Assembly (NCBI GenBank): GCA_051362555.1
Contig: CM120646.1
Location: 13,764,001 to 13,828,000, forward strand
Length of the DNA: 64,000 nucleotides
Source of the DNA: Lingula anatina
Lineage: Eukaryota > Animalia > Brachiopoda
Reading direction: 5' to 3'
Below are positions 32,816 to 46,281 of the stretch, one piece after another. The translations under genes and the position numbers were made by a program. Positions within the stretch are counted from its first letter, which is position 1. The number at the start of each line of letters is the position of its first letter. The notes under the pieces are model-generated. The model was not told where the DNA came from and did no database searches. It saw only the letters and a program-made list of their open reading frames with translations.

Positions 32816-35431
32816 ATGGGTTTTAGAATAGGGAAAGTTTACGTTTTGATTCTTTTAATCTCAACAGCTGCTATTGGGCAAAGAAGAATAAGCTTAGGGC
32901 TTACCCCTGAACAAGCTTCTTGTCCAAAATACCCAGATGACGCTACAAAATTTCATTTGGAGAGCAAAAAGGAGAAAAGTAATGGTGAAATGAGACAAAA
33001 TTTCGTGGAAGACTTGGCAGCTACAAGAAAGGAAAAAGAAAGCAATATCTTGGTTGCGCCATGGAGAAGACGACGCAATCTCCCTGACGCTCCCCTCTCT
33101 GCTTTCTTTTCATCCACCACGCTACCGACTACAGATACAGTGAGCAGAACGGAAGACCCAACGCAAGCTATCACTCCCTCTGTTAGCCAAACACTCTCTA
33201 CTGACAATAACGGACAGTTCCAGACAACTGAAAGAACCATCGTATTTCCTCAACTATATGATAACCAATCAAAATACCTCATATTCCCTACGAACAGGCA
33301 AGTTTGCGTGTCGTTTCGGTCGTCAAGGCAACAGTTTCATATTGCCCGGATTAGTTGTTTCTGCGACGGTTACTGTGGGCTTTTTAGTGATTGCTGCTCA
33401 CCATTTTTACAGTGTCCCGATGCCTCAAACTCAAGCTCAACCCAAAACCCCTCAGCAGCAAGTAGCAAAATTAATATTTCATTGCACAGCATCGAATGCA
33501 AACCACAGGTTACAAAATTAGTAAGTAAAATGAAACCCAGCTACTACTGGATGATACGATCCTGTCCAGATGAGGGGTATAATTCACAGGTAAGAGAAAA
33601 ATGTGAAAATCCTATTAATTTTACCATCAACAATATTCAGCCTGTTTCTGACAAACGCACGAAGCTAACATTTAAGAACCGATATTGTGCCATGTGTCAT
33701 GGCATTACAAATCCCGCGCTGTGGTCGCCTTTTTTAATTTGTAGTGAGGATATTGACATGGAACACTTTCGGAATTTATCAAGCTTGGACGACATATTGG
33801 AGCTGGCACAAACACCTTTTTGCGCTATCCACTTTGAGCCACAATATGATAGTCCAGGAAGACTGTGTGTGGACAAAAATCGTGGCTTTGTTTCACATAG
33901 AGGATTCGTGGATGAATGGGCCTGCCCAAAGGACTCTCCGTTGACTGATTTGTGCAAGGCAAATTCCGTATCAGTTACACGTGTGATCACACACGGTGTA
34001 GAGTATCTAGTTAAAAATGTGTTCTGCTGGCTGTGTACCATGGTCCGGTCTGACACACCTGTCACAGTGAATGATTGTTCAACAAATGGTACGTATTTAT
34101 GTGAACATGTCTAATATCTGAGCATGGAAATTGATATTCGATGCGAGTGTATAAAACGTTAGGTATGAAATAAATAGAACAAATAATACATTTTCGTATT
34201 CATGATTTTGCTTAAGCGTAGGGGACGGAAAGGCATTTTTTCTTTTTATCTGAAATGTAGTCACCAGGATGGAAATTTGCTTTGTTTTGTTAGGCATGTA
34301 CTTTTCGCCTTATTCTTGTAATATTAATGACGTCCGTTTTTCAGATAATAAAGAACGTGGGTTCAATCCATTAGGATTAAGCGCATTCATCAATATATCG
34401 CACGGAAGCCAACAGTGTCGTCCATTGTCTAGTGCTGTAAGTCTATTATTTTCTTGTATTATATATTATACTATTTATTTTGAAAATAATATCTTTTCAG
34501 CGACATTATTCTTAACTCCATTTGCGTGGTTTCTATTTGAATCCCATATCGGGGGTGGGTCCGGGGGAGAACGAAAAACTTTGCACCCCCTATATCTTTG
34601 CTTCATGTCCTGGTTCCATCCGTGCCTTTCATTTCACACAAAAATATATACTAATGTAAAATCATGAGCAGACTGTTTAAAAATGCTTAACCATATTCGA
34701 GTCACCTTACCAGATATATCATCATCATCATCATTGTAAAATGCCCTGAAATGTAATCCCCCTCCCCCCCCCCCAAAAAAAAGAACAACATTATCTAAAA
34801 ATCATTCAAAGCGTATTTTTTTCAGATTCCATGCACAAATGACGTTGCACAAACCGGATGTTGGCTTCTGTCTGAGTTACACAACTTAGATTTCTATGTG
34901 GACTTCGACCTCGTATGTGTTAACAGCACAAGTATGAACCAGACCTGTGCAGAGTACAGAGCACTTAGTTCTCAACTCCAAAGTTTATTCATGAGGGGCA
35001 AGTTTCGTTCCGTTTTATCTACAGTAGGGACGGTCGTTTGGTTCTGGGTGTCTACGCCACACCGTTGTGTGACGTCGCCAGAGGCATCTCCCTTTGTTAA
35101 AGGTAAACGTGAGATTCGGATCTCAGAAAAAATTCTTTTGAGAAAACCTGTCAGCAGATACAGCGATGCTTTGAAGATGTTCACAGACTTCCAAGACAAG
35201 ATTGAGCGAGAGGTTCGTGACAAAAACATCGTATTTCAATATGGTGGGCTGGAATACGATTTACGAGTGATACATAATCAGCACACCATCTGTCCGCGCA
35301 GTACAAATGCACCAGAACCGAAACCGAAACCAAAAACGACTGCTAAGTCATCCAAAGATGCCCCTGGATTTAAGGTATCCCTGTTTATAACGGTTATTTT
35401 ATGTATACAGACAGTGGGGATACTGTTCTAA
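32816..35431 (+). CDS. Secreted or surface SMB-like Cys-rich protein, paralogue A
   Basis: Exons 32816-34088, 34345-34436, 34826-35431 join in frame. Signal peptide (VYVLILLISTAAIG), RRRR polybasic site, S/T-rich stalk, SMB-like CFCDGYCGLFSDCC, PVSDKRTKLTFKNRYCAMCHG, KNVFCWLC and a hydrophobic C-terminus (VSLFITVILCIQTVGILF*). Confidence 0.8.
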
Positions 35432-35888
35432 GCACTTCATAATAGAGAATACGTATTAGTATACTTCGACAATTAATTCAAGCAGTGACTTAACGTGTAC
35501 CTTGGCGTCCTGCATTACACTGCGCCAAGCCAATATAGAGACGTAACGGCAAACGGACAGAAGCTCTGAGAACTTTTAATGTTTTACAGTGGTACCGACT
35601 ATAAAATGTTCCAACAGCGTTCTTAAAAAAAAATAAAATCATCCAAAAGCTTAGCAATTTGCTGTCATCATACGTTGGAGTTGATTTTAAAAAGTTTACC
35701 ATCAATCGCTACAATGATATTGAGTTAAATACACAGCAACGATGTAGAACCCACCCTGCAACAATTCCCAAAAATGCTTGCAACACTAATCATATCGCAT
35801 AATGCAAGATAATACCCATGGCTAGTATTGGCCTCTTTGGGTTTAAGGCGCATTCAGATTCACACATTGCACTAGCTGCGTTGGTCAA

Positions 35889-36038
35889 ACTCTACAGGGG
35901 ATTCCTACTATAGTGCAATTAGTAGAATCAGCTTCATCAGCACGCGTTAGTTTATTACCCCCTAGATGCTCGAGGAGGCGTGTCAGACAATTAAGCTGAA
36001 TTCAATGATTGCACTTTAGCGAGATTGCCCTACAGAGT
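35889..36038. repeat. Degenerate inverted repeat (~46-bp arms), possibly an old MITE
   Basis: 35889-35934 (ACTCTACAGGGGATTCCTACTATAGTGCAATTAGTAGAATCAGCTT) aligns with the reverse complement of 35993-36038 (ACTCTGTAGGGCAATCTCGCTAAAGTGCAATCATTGAATTCAGCTT). Confidence 0.6.
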
Positions 36039-37531
36039 ACAGAGTACCAGATTTAATCCCACTGCCCAGTCACGGCTCACAACAGTGGGACCACACACTG
36101 ACATTTTTTCCAAGTAATATACTAAGAGTTAAAAAATAGAGCAACCACTTCCTTCCTTGAATAATCTTGTTATAAAATTGGAGAGGAAGACTAAATGTTC
36201 TCTATAGTATAAAGCTCCTGTGAAAAATCAAAATATTCGTCCTTTCTTCATTATGAAAAGTGCGGCTCTACAGTCACATGACATATTTGTAATTCGTTTA
36301 AGTAGATCCTCATAGCGTACGGCAAAGTGCATTGATACTTGGAAGTTTTGACCTTTAGCTTTGCCGATGAAATATTATTAGGTCCGTACTCGTACATGTA
36401 TTATTATCACTGCATTCAATAGTTCATTAATCTTTCCTATTTGATTAAATCTAACTGAAAAATGAGAAAGGAAATGGTTCATGTTGCAAATTCATCATTA
36501 CATATATATCATAGAGACAAGCTTCTGGTATGTCATTGTCAAGAAAGGATGTGTGCTTGCCCTAGTGCGCGGGGGGAGGGGGGGGAGTGATCACTTTGGA
36601 CCCATGGGGAATTGCTGAATAAGTGAATAAATAAATATGGCAGTATTCAACTAACAAACTAGTGACTAAATAAACGGAAAGATAAAAGAAAATAAAAAGA
36701 AATGAAAATGAACAGAAACATATCTAGTTATTTGGAAGGGGGTCTTTTCATTTATTTTTTTTTATGAAAAAATGGGCTTTTTACCACGAAACATACATGT
36801 ATATAGATCAAATTTTGTCTAGAGCGGACATTTTACTACGAGCCTGAAGAAGTATAAAAATTTTGCATTTTTACATTATCACGTCGGAGAGCGGCCAAAT
36901 CTCTTTGACGATCAGGCATTATCCACATACAGCTACCTTAGAACCCTCCCCGCCTCCACCTCCACATACAGCTGCCTGAGAAGTTTTCATATTTGGTACA
37001 TTAAAAAATGTCAAATTTGTAACTGGGTCCTTCAATGTAGATAAAGATAAGAAAGCAGGTGTACCACGTCTCACATGTATCACAAACGCAATGCTCTGCA
37101 CTGTCCAATACCAAATCACATTAAAGTTAACTAGAAGAAGTAAATGGATGGCGGTATAGTTAATAAAGCATACAAAAACACCATTACAATCAAAGAAAAA
37201 CGTAACGGCACATTTATCATATTCCTATGTATCTTTGCTGCTGGAACCAGGGAAGATAGATGATGTTTTGTAATCAGGAAAAGAGGCGAATCGCCCCTCG
37301 TAACTGATTCACATTGGATAATTTTAGATAATGAGACTTAATGGGCGCGTCAATTGTGTTTATTTTATCAAGATATATTGGCTAAATTAGGGTCTACCGT
37401 TCATTAGTAGGATATTTTCATAACGGAAGGGTACAAAAACAACGGACTCGACTGAGAGTGTCATTTCCTTGACATTCGCTTTCTAATGCGCTCCAAGCCC
37501 CGTGTTCCTTGTTGATTTTATCTCTGTTAAT

Positions 37532-38811
37532 ATGGGATTTAGAAAAGGAAAAGTTCATCTTTTAATTCTTTTAATCTTAACAGCTGCTATCGGAAAAAGA
37601 AGAATAAGCTTAGGGCTTACCCCTAAACTAGCTTCTGGTCCAAAACACCCAGATGACGCTACAAAATTTCAGTTCGAGAGAAAAAGGGAGAAAAGTAATG
37701 GTGAAATGAGACAAAATTTCGTGGAAAACTTGGCAGCTGCAAGAGAGAAAAAAGAAAGCAATATCTTGGTTGCGCCATGGAGAAGACGACGCAATCTACC
37801 CGACGCATCCCTCGCTGGTTTCCTTACATCCACCACGTCACCGACTACGGATGCAGTGAGCGGAACGGAAGCCACAACGCCCGGTATCGTTCCCTCTGCT
37901 AACCAAACAATCTCTATTGACACTAACGGACAGTTCCAGACTACAGAAAACCCCCTCTCCGTGTTTCCTCAACTAAATGATAACCAATCAAATTATCTCA
38001 AATTTCCTACTAACAGGCAAGTTTGCGTGTCGTTTGATTCAATAGTGCAACTGTTTCAAATGGTTTGGATAAACTGTTACTGCGACGATTATTGTGGTCT
38101 TTTCAGAGATTGCTGTTCACCATTTTTACAGTGCCCAAGCTCAAACTCAACCCAAAACCCCTCGGCAGCTAGTAGTAAAATTGATATTTCATTGAACAGC
38201 ATCGAATGCAAACCACAGGTTACAAAGTTAGTAAGTAAAATGAAACCCAACTACTACTGGATGATACGATCCTGTCCAGATGAGGGATATGATTCACAGG
38301 TTCGAGAAAAATGTGAAAATCCTGTTGATTTTTCCATCAATAATTTTCAGCCAGTTTCTGACAAACGCACAAAACTTACATTTAAGAACCGATATTGTGC
38401 CACGTGTCATGGCATTACAAATCCCGCGCTGTGGTCGCCTTTTTTAATTTGTAGTGAGGATATTGACATGGAATACTTAAAGAATTTATCAAGCTTGGAC
38501 GACATATTGGAGCTGGCTCAAACACCTTTTTGCGCTATCCACTTTGAGCCACAATATGATAGTCCAGGAAGACTGTGTGTGGACAAAAATCGTGGCTTTG
38601 TTTCACATAGAGGATTCGTGGATGAATGGGCTTGTCCAAAGGACTCTCCGTTGACTGATTTGTGCAAGTCAAATTCCGTATCAGTTACACGTGTGATCAC
38701 ACACGGTGGAGAGTATCTAGTTAAAAATGTGTTCTGCTGGCTGTGCACCATGGTCCGGACTGAGACGCCTATCACAGTTGAAGACTGCTCGTCAAATGGT
38801 AAGAGAGTGTG

Positions 38812-38864
<53 letters not shown>

Positions 38865-40211
38865 TACTTCTATGTGAGAATATAAAATATTTGGTGTGCT
38901 ATAAATACAACAAATAATAGTATCTCTGGTTTTGCTTGAGCGTAGGGGACAAAAAGGCATTTTTTTTCTTTTTTAAACATAACTACAGAATAGACGAGTT
39001 TTTACTGAAATGCACGGTAGTCACCGGGATAGAAAGTTGCTTTATTTTGTAAAGCATGTTATGCTTTTTGCTTTATTCCTAATTCTTATAAATTCACTGA
39101 CGTTAATTTTTCAGATCACAAGGAACGTGTGTTCAATCCATTAGGATTAAGCGCATTAATCAATATATCGCACGGAAGCCAACAGTGTCGTCCATTTTTG
39201 AGTACTGTAAGTGTCTGCTTTTCTTTTATTTTACATTATTCGACATAATGGCTTCGTTTCACGAAGCATAAAATGCTACATTTACATTTAATGGGAATGA
39301 GATGCTTCACGAATCACACTAAATAAAATGGCCGTTTCACGCATATCGGGAAATAAAGCTGCTTAATCTAAAACGAAAATACCCAATGGGACTTTCTTAT
39401 ACAGGGGTGCTTACGTAAAGGCATTTGTATTAAATTTGACGGCAATGAGCAGATAATTAAAAGAGGCTTAACCATATTCATGTTACCTTATCTCAGAAAT
39501 ACATTATCATTGTGAAATGCCATGAAATGCACACATTTCCAAAATATATATATAGATAAATAAACATTATCTAAGAAAGAATTCAAGAGCGTGTTTAAAT
39601 TTCAGATTCCATGCACAAATGACGATGCACAAACCGGATGTTGGCTCCTGTCTGAGTTATACAACTTAGATTTCTATGTTGATTTCGACCTCGTGTGTGA
39701 TAACAGCACAAGTATTAACCAGACCTGTGCAGAGTACACATCACTTAGTTCTCAAGTCCAAAGTTTGTTCCGGAAGGGCAAGTTCCGTTCCGCTTTATCT
39801 ACAGTGGAATCGGTCGTTTGGGTCTGGGTGTTTACGTCACACCGTTGTGTGACGTCGCCAGAGGCATCTCCCTTTAAGAAAGGTACACGTAAAATTCGGA
39901 TCACAGAAAAATTTCTATTAAGAAAAACTGTCGGCAGATACAGCGATGCTTTGAAGATATTTACAGACTTGCAAGACAAGATTGAGCGAGAGGTTCGTGA
40001 CAGAAACATCGTACTTAAATATGATGGGTTGGAATACGATATACGAGTGATACGTAAGCAGCAAACTAGCTGCCCCGATAATTCAAATGCAGCGGATCCG
40101 AAACCGAAACCCTCAATGACTGCTAAATCTTCCGCAGCTACTCCTGGCTTTCAAGCACATCTGCTTTTAACGATAATTTCATGTATAGGGGAGATAAAAG
40201 AACTGTTTTAG
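37532..40211 (+). CDS. Secreted or surface SMB-like Cys-rich protein, paralogue B
   Basis: Exons 37532-38798, 39115-39206, 39606-40211. Same exon structure and phases as paralogue A, and highly similar protein (CYCDDYCGLFRDCC, KNRYCATCHG). Confidence 0.8.
38816..38861. repeat. (TA)n microsatellite in intron 1 of paralogue B
   Basis: Directly visible run; it produces the YIYIYI tail of the ORF-track entry. Confidence 0.95.
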
Positions 40212-41069
40212 GTATGCATGCTTCGCGCTGCAAGTCAAAACTCACCAAAACAATGAGATGCACGTGCAAACTGTCCTTATGATAACATAAGTATTTATAT
40301 TAGCGCATGTTGCCAAAAGGTAAATCTTCCATCATCAATATAAAACATTTCATTAACTTTGAAGAATTGACTTTACCATGTTGTCTAACATTACAGTTTA
40401 CCAAGTCAACATAAACCGAAGCATTCTGATACAATTAAATTGCAGACAAAAGTGCAAACGCTTTTAGGAAGTTACGTTTAATCATATACAGTTCTACTGA
40501 CAATAAAAATGTTTAAATAACGTTCGTGTAAGAACCAAGTAATTTAAAAGATCAGAGGTGTATACTGACGTCACAAATTGGATTTAATCTCATTAATAAA
40601 TATCTACCGTGAATGAGTTCCAGTGATCTAAAAAAATAGCCCAGCCATAACATGGAATCCAGCATACCACATACCACGTCATACCAGATCCTTCCGACGT
40701 TAAGGCAACTTTACCTAGACCTTTTAAAAAGATATTGGTTTAGATTATTTTGTAAACTTCCATCGTTGTATTTAGATAATTGTTCTTTCCCCATGTGAAA
40801 AACTTGACACAAGCCTTTCCAATACTCCTACATATATAGGAAAGAAATAAGAGGAAACGAAAGTATAATACCTGTTGAATGCCAATGGTAAATAGTTAAG
40901 TAATGTTGTGCACGTGTGTCCACACCGTGTAGCAAAGATGTAATGTCGTAAAAAAGATCATTTTGAACAGGAATGTTTGGTTAATTGTAGTTTTAACATA
41001 TAGATAGTTTCATAACACTGTTCTTCCGTGTTTGGGTTGTCGGTATTATTTCCTCATGATTTCAAAATC

Positions 41070-41939
41070 TCAGCCAATCAGCGGACCGTGAAGGTGTCCT
41101 GCGCTACTCGTAGCAGCTGGCGGAGAGACAGTCAGACTTTTCTGTATGCTCAAAGAACAAGTGAGAGGATCTTGCAACCGGCAGCTGATGGCTAAGTCGT
41201 AGGTCGAGTGTGGCGACATCTGGATGCCGTATATGGGCGTGGGTTCATTCAAAGCATCAGAGTCTTCAAACGCATGCGCAGCAGAAATAAGTTCCGGACA
41301 AAGAACATCCGGGAACTTGTTGCTAAACTCCTCAATGTGCTGGGAGGGTATTGTGACCCCTGTTTTGATAGCAACAACGTACAGCATGGCACCAGATTTC
41401 TGGTAGAGAACCTCCACGTCGAAGTTGGCCACTTTATCTGGAGTTTTTGCCCTGTATATTTTTCGAATGTCGTTAATGTTTGAGACGCTTCTAGAACATT
41501 CGACGCTGAAGCTATGCTTAGGCTTCAGTACGTTTTGGGCAGTGATATTTGCTAGAAAAGACGAAAAAATCAATACTGTATTAGTATGATATTTTAGCCC
41601 TAAACCTTTCCAAGAAAATCATATCTAATGTTTTTTTTACCATAAACCTTTATAGACGGAATTAATGCTACAATTAGCGGTCAGAGTCAGTTTCAGATTC
41701 TTTATTAACACACACCTTTACACAAAAGTACAACCATAGCAGCACAGCTAACTATCACAGAGCACAAATAAATAGATAAGCATATAAATGAACAAGACTG
41801 ATCTACACGCCCAGTCTCTGCTGACTGCGCATAGCGGATCGCACTTTGGCATTATGATTTGATTTGGAAATACGCTAACTACATCATTATTCGTAATACT
41901 TCAGATCAAAAACATAAATTAAACGTCCTTGATCAAATA

Positions 41940-41977
<38 letters not shown>

Positions 41978-44900
41978 GTTTTATACTTAAGAAATTCGTG
42001 AACTCTTTAGACCATATCACCATACAGATTACTTCGTAAGGTAACAGATAGGGAAGTTCACCTTTTCCAGCCAGCTGGATTTCAATGGGATAATGGTCAC
42101 TGACGGCGAGGGCATCGGCCTTGCTCATGCCTTTGTCAAACTCGTATATTCCTGCACTGTTGTGGACCACGGCGGACAGCAATTTTATCCCAGCTCCGAC
42201 GAACCTAGAATAAGACACGAGAACAAAGAAAATCCATTTTATTTCTACTTTAATGGCATGACCCTGGAAAGAGGATTAAGTTAACAAGAAGCAGGTTTGT
42301 GAATAAAATATCAGTGTGAAAGATCTGGATACCTGTGTACTCGAAGCCACTTTAATCGTTATGTTATAAATTCAGTCTTGAAGTTCCAACGGTATGATCT
42401 ACGCTGAGTACACGTTAGAAAAGGAATCGAAATGTATTTCGAATGATACTTAGTAGTAAAGCGGTGGTTATAAACATCATTCAATGATGTTGTCATGTTA
42501 AAAAAAATTTAAGTGGTTTTGTACAGATGTGTGCGTGTGTACGTATGCACATGCGTGTGTACGTAAGAATCTGATTAGGACTCAAAAGTGAGATTATAAT
42601 CGTAATTATGTTAACAGATTTAAATAGTATATAACCGAGTGGTTACGGAAGCATTTTAAAATTTTAGGGAAATTACCAATATTTTCCTAAAGAAAGGTAT
42701 AATGCGCATGTATGAAATTACACACGTCGTTAGACATATATTTATATACATGTATGTGATATGGTGACTTTAACTATTTATTTAAGCAGTTGGTAGAGTC
42801 ACAAAAAAAAACTTGAAACCAAACTCCAAATAAGGTAGAAAAATTATGATATAAAATTTCTGAATGTATTTAGCCTTGGCTCCCAGACTAGAATGTGTCA
42901 AAGAGTGTGCGGTACGGTCCACACGTACCTGTCATAAGCGCAGTCTGTAGCAGTAACAGTGGTGTCAAAACAGTTAGAGATAAGCCACTTAAACCGGGGG
43001 TCGGTCCAGAGACTGATGTGATCCCACTCATCGCCATTGACGTAATTGCAATCTGCGTTGAAGTCCCCAGCGATCAAAATATCCTGTGAGAAAAATTAGT
43101 TTTACACATATTATGTCTTTGTAAACATGAATTATTCAGATGATTCTACACTTGCTACATACCTCCAACAGAATGGACAATAGAACTTATTTCGAGAATT
43201 ATTGGGTGATCCGGATTCAGTCACAACCGTGATCATATCGTTCCCCTTTGAATATATGTTAAGCCCACAAATATCGTCAAAATGTTTGGAGAATTTGATA
43301 AAATGTTTTGTCCACTAATAAACTAATGACGATATATATAGAAACTAAACATCCTTCCTTGGCGGAGGAAACAAATATACGTCAAGCCATGTCAAAACTG
43401 GAAACGTCTTTTTCAGGATGAACAAAAATAAAACACTTCAGAATGAAATTTGGGATAACATGTACATAAAACTTGTCAGTGAGGTTTAACAAAGGTTTGC
43501 TGAAAGTCGAGAGTCCAGTGAATGGCTCGGAATGAAATAATTTGAAAATTAAATCCGTATTTAGGAAAATCTGTGTACCTCAAGGGCCCAGTGTTGTTTC
43601 ACAGCGTCGTATACCCGGGTCAAATTTCCAATTTCGCTCACTGCCTCCTGCGGGTCCGTGTGGATAGCGATGATAGCAAAATCAGTCACTTCTAAAAGAA
43701 ATAGACCACATTTTATTGTTTATTTGTTATTCATTTTTATAATGCAATTTGATTTACACACTGTTTGTATCCCTCAATACTAGTGAAAATTCCACTTACT
43801 TTCAGAAGAATAACCATCCTTAAAATATCTCACAATCTCAATAAAACAGACGGCAAGACGGTTGAGAAAGTTTACCGGTGTCTTTGGCGTGGAAGCGCAC
43901 CACATAGGGTTCTCTCTGAAACGGGTCTGTGCCGCTGTCGACGCCGTCATCGTATTGGTATGTGCCTGTTACTTTGACTTTGGCGGGCCTTAAGACGGGG
44001 AAAAAGTGGTTAATTTTACTAAATAATCATGGCTGGCGATAGAACAGTACTAATCTAATCAAATGAAATAGGACCACGAAAAACAAAAGGCTAGTGTTAA
44101 GGTTCAAAACTTACCTGCTGTAATTAGATTATTGTGGGAGGTATCGTGAATTGACATGACCTTTGAAAATTGTGGTGAAAGTTAAAACAATTGTTAAGTT
44201 TAATTTATTTCATAAAGCCAGTGCTAGGCCAGATGTGATTGTTTTTTGTTTTTTTCCTGAGGTTTGCAAAGGTCAATAATATTATAATACTGATGGTAAA
44301 ATATGTTTGCCCACAAAGATTTAAATTAATAAAAATAAGACCAAAAGTGGGCTAGTACGCCCCAAAAAATTAACTGCAGTAAAATCTTCTAATTATCCTG
44401 ACCAGATCAGACAAGAAGCTATGCTATATGTATATAAAATATAAAAAAAATTAGAACTAAAACTGATTTTCTCAGCATACATGTATGCCCTCTTTTTGCG
44501 ATAATAATTCGTACACTAAAATTCAAAGCAATACTATGTTAATAAATATACATTCACTAATCTGCATAAACAATACCGAAATACCTGTACAAGAAGGCAT
44601 ACTGTTCCTTGCTTGCAGTTCTTCCTAGCCGGTCACTCACTTGTTTCTGGTATGCATTGGAGCCAACCAGACTGAAAACATAACACGAAATAATCTTTTC
44701 GATCAAAGTTCCATTTTTATTTATTATTATTATTTTTTTTTTTTGGGGGGGGGGGTGTGCATTAAAAGTTTAAGTTATTTGATTACAGTTATTAATTTCG
44801 AAGTCGTGTTGGACAGCAATTAATTGATACATTCATCTGAATGACATACTGTAAGACAGTGGGAGAGAGGGAGCGAAAAGAAGAGAGAGCATACCTATTT

Positions 44901-46281
44901 ACTTCTAGCAGCAGTTTGTCCACGACAGTTTCACTGGAGTCACGGACTTCTTGGATCAAAATGATGTCGTAACGGGCAACTACCTAATTGAGTAAATGGA
45001 ATATTTTATATACAGTATAAAGTTATTCCACAAAAAAAGTGAAAATTTTGGTCGCATCAGTGACGAACACTTCATGTTATACCGCATTCACACAACTGTG
45101 TTGTACATGTATATCACTTTTTAGCTATCGATTTCTTTCCATATCGAAGGGTACTTTACTATTAACAGCGAAAATGATATATAGAGCAGGTCAAAACCAT
45201 ACAAAGGTCCATTTATCTGTGAAATGACCCAAAGCACGTAATGAATACATTGCTAACTGACTATAAAAGAGGGATAATTGAAAGATTTCATATATTGTTG
45301 TCTAAACTTTAGAAACCTTCCAGAAACACTTGCATTGTGCTTTTAATCAGTCGGATTCTGCTACTGCGCCTTCATTTTCAAAGACAAAGTTTTATTTTTC
45401 ATTAATGTGGAAAAGTAGTACCACGCAACCATTTTGAAAGCAATGAAAATATATCTAAATACACATTTTATAATAGAATAGTTAAAAAAAACAACAAATA
45501 ACTAGGACAAAGAATTAACTGCAAGTTTATATGAATGACCTCATGATGACAGTAAGGAAGAAGAGCGGAAATTTCTTCGTTCGCCTTGTACGGCCGTTAC
45601 CCATTCGGTTATGAATTCATCACTTGTCTAATTACCAAGAGGCGTCATTTCCTGACCTGAATCATGTGTAATGAATTGTGCCTTTTCATCATTTCCTAAA
45701 TACCCCTTCAAAAGCTTCAAATGTACTGAAAGCGACAGGTTCGATTTCCACCTCCTACGAACGGTATCTTTTGTCCTATGCTTACACAATAAACGAATCA
45801 ATAATTAACATGCCAACTTTTTTAGTTTTAAGGAAAATGACCCGTACTGCACAAATCACGAAGGTACATGTCACTACTTAAACTTTGCACAGCAACAGAA
45901 TCACATGGATTTAAAACGGAACCTACCGTCATTTTAATATTTTTACTCAGCTGTGTCGGAACGTGCTTGTTAAACTCATTTTCTGTCATTTTGAAAACCG
46001 TGTATTTAGTATATACATGTACATGTACTAGTATGTCAGAAAGAAAGAACACAGGGACGCATGCATTCATGCGCCCACACGCTCGTCATTTTACTCACCT
46101 TAGCAATAGTGTTCATTACAGCCGGAATGCTAGCCTTGGTTGGACCAAACACACGGACGTTGAAGGCACCTATCTTCAGTGGAGGGGCTGCTAGTTCTGG
46201 AGCCGGAAAGACGTCGGTGGTGGACCCCAGTGCTATAGCCAGGGCAGCAAAAATGATGCCACTCACAACGCCCTGCTTCAT
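41070..46281 (-). CDS. Secreted DNase I-family endonuclease with C-terminal extension
   Basis: Minus-strand exons 46281-46099, 44983-44895, 44671-44585, 43988-43876, 43691-43579, 43083-42929, 42204-42062, 41551-41070. Signal peptide, then LKIGAFNVRVFG, RYDIILIQEVRD, SDRLGRTASKEQYAFLYR, DPFQREPY, AIHTDP, GDFNADCNYV, DTTVTATDCAYDR and SDHYPIE; both catalytic His motifs are present. Confidence 0.93.
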
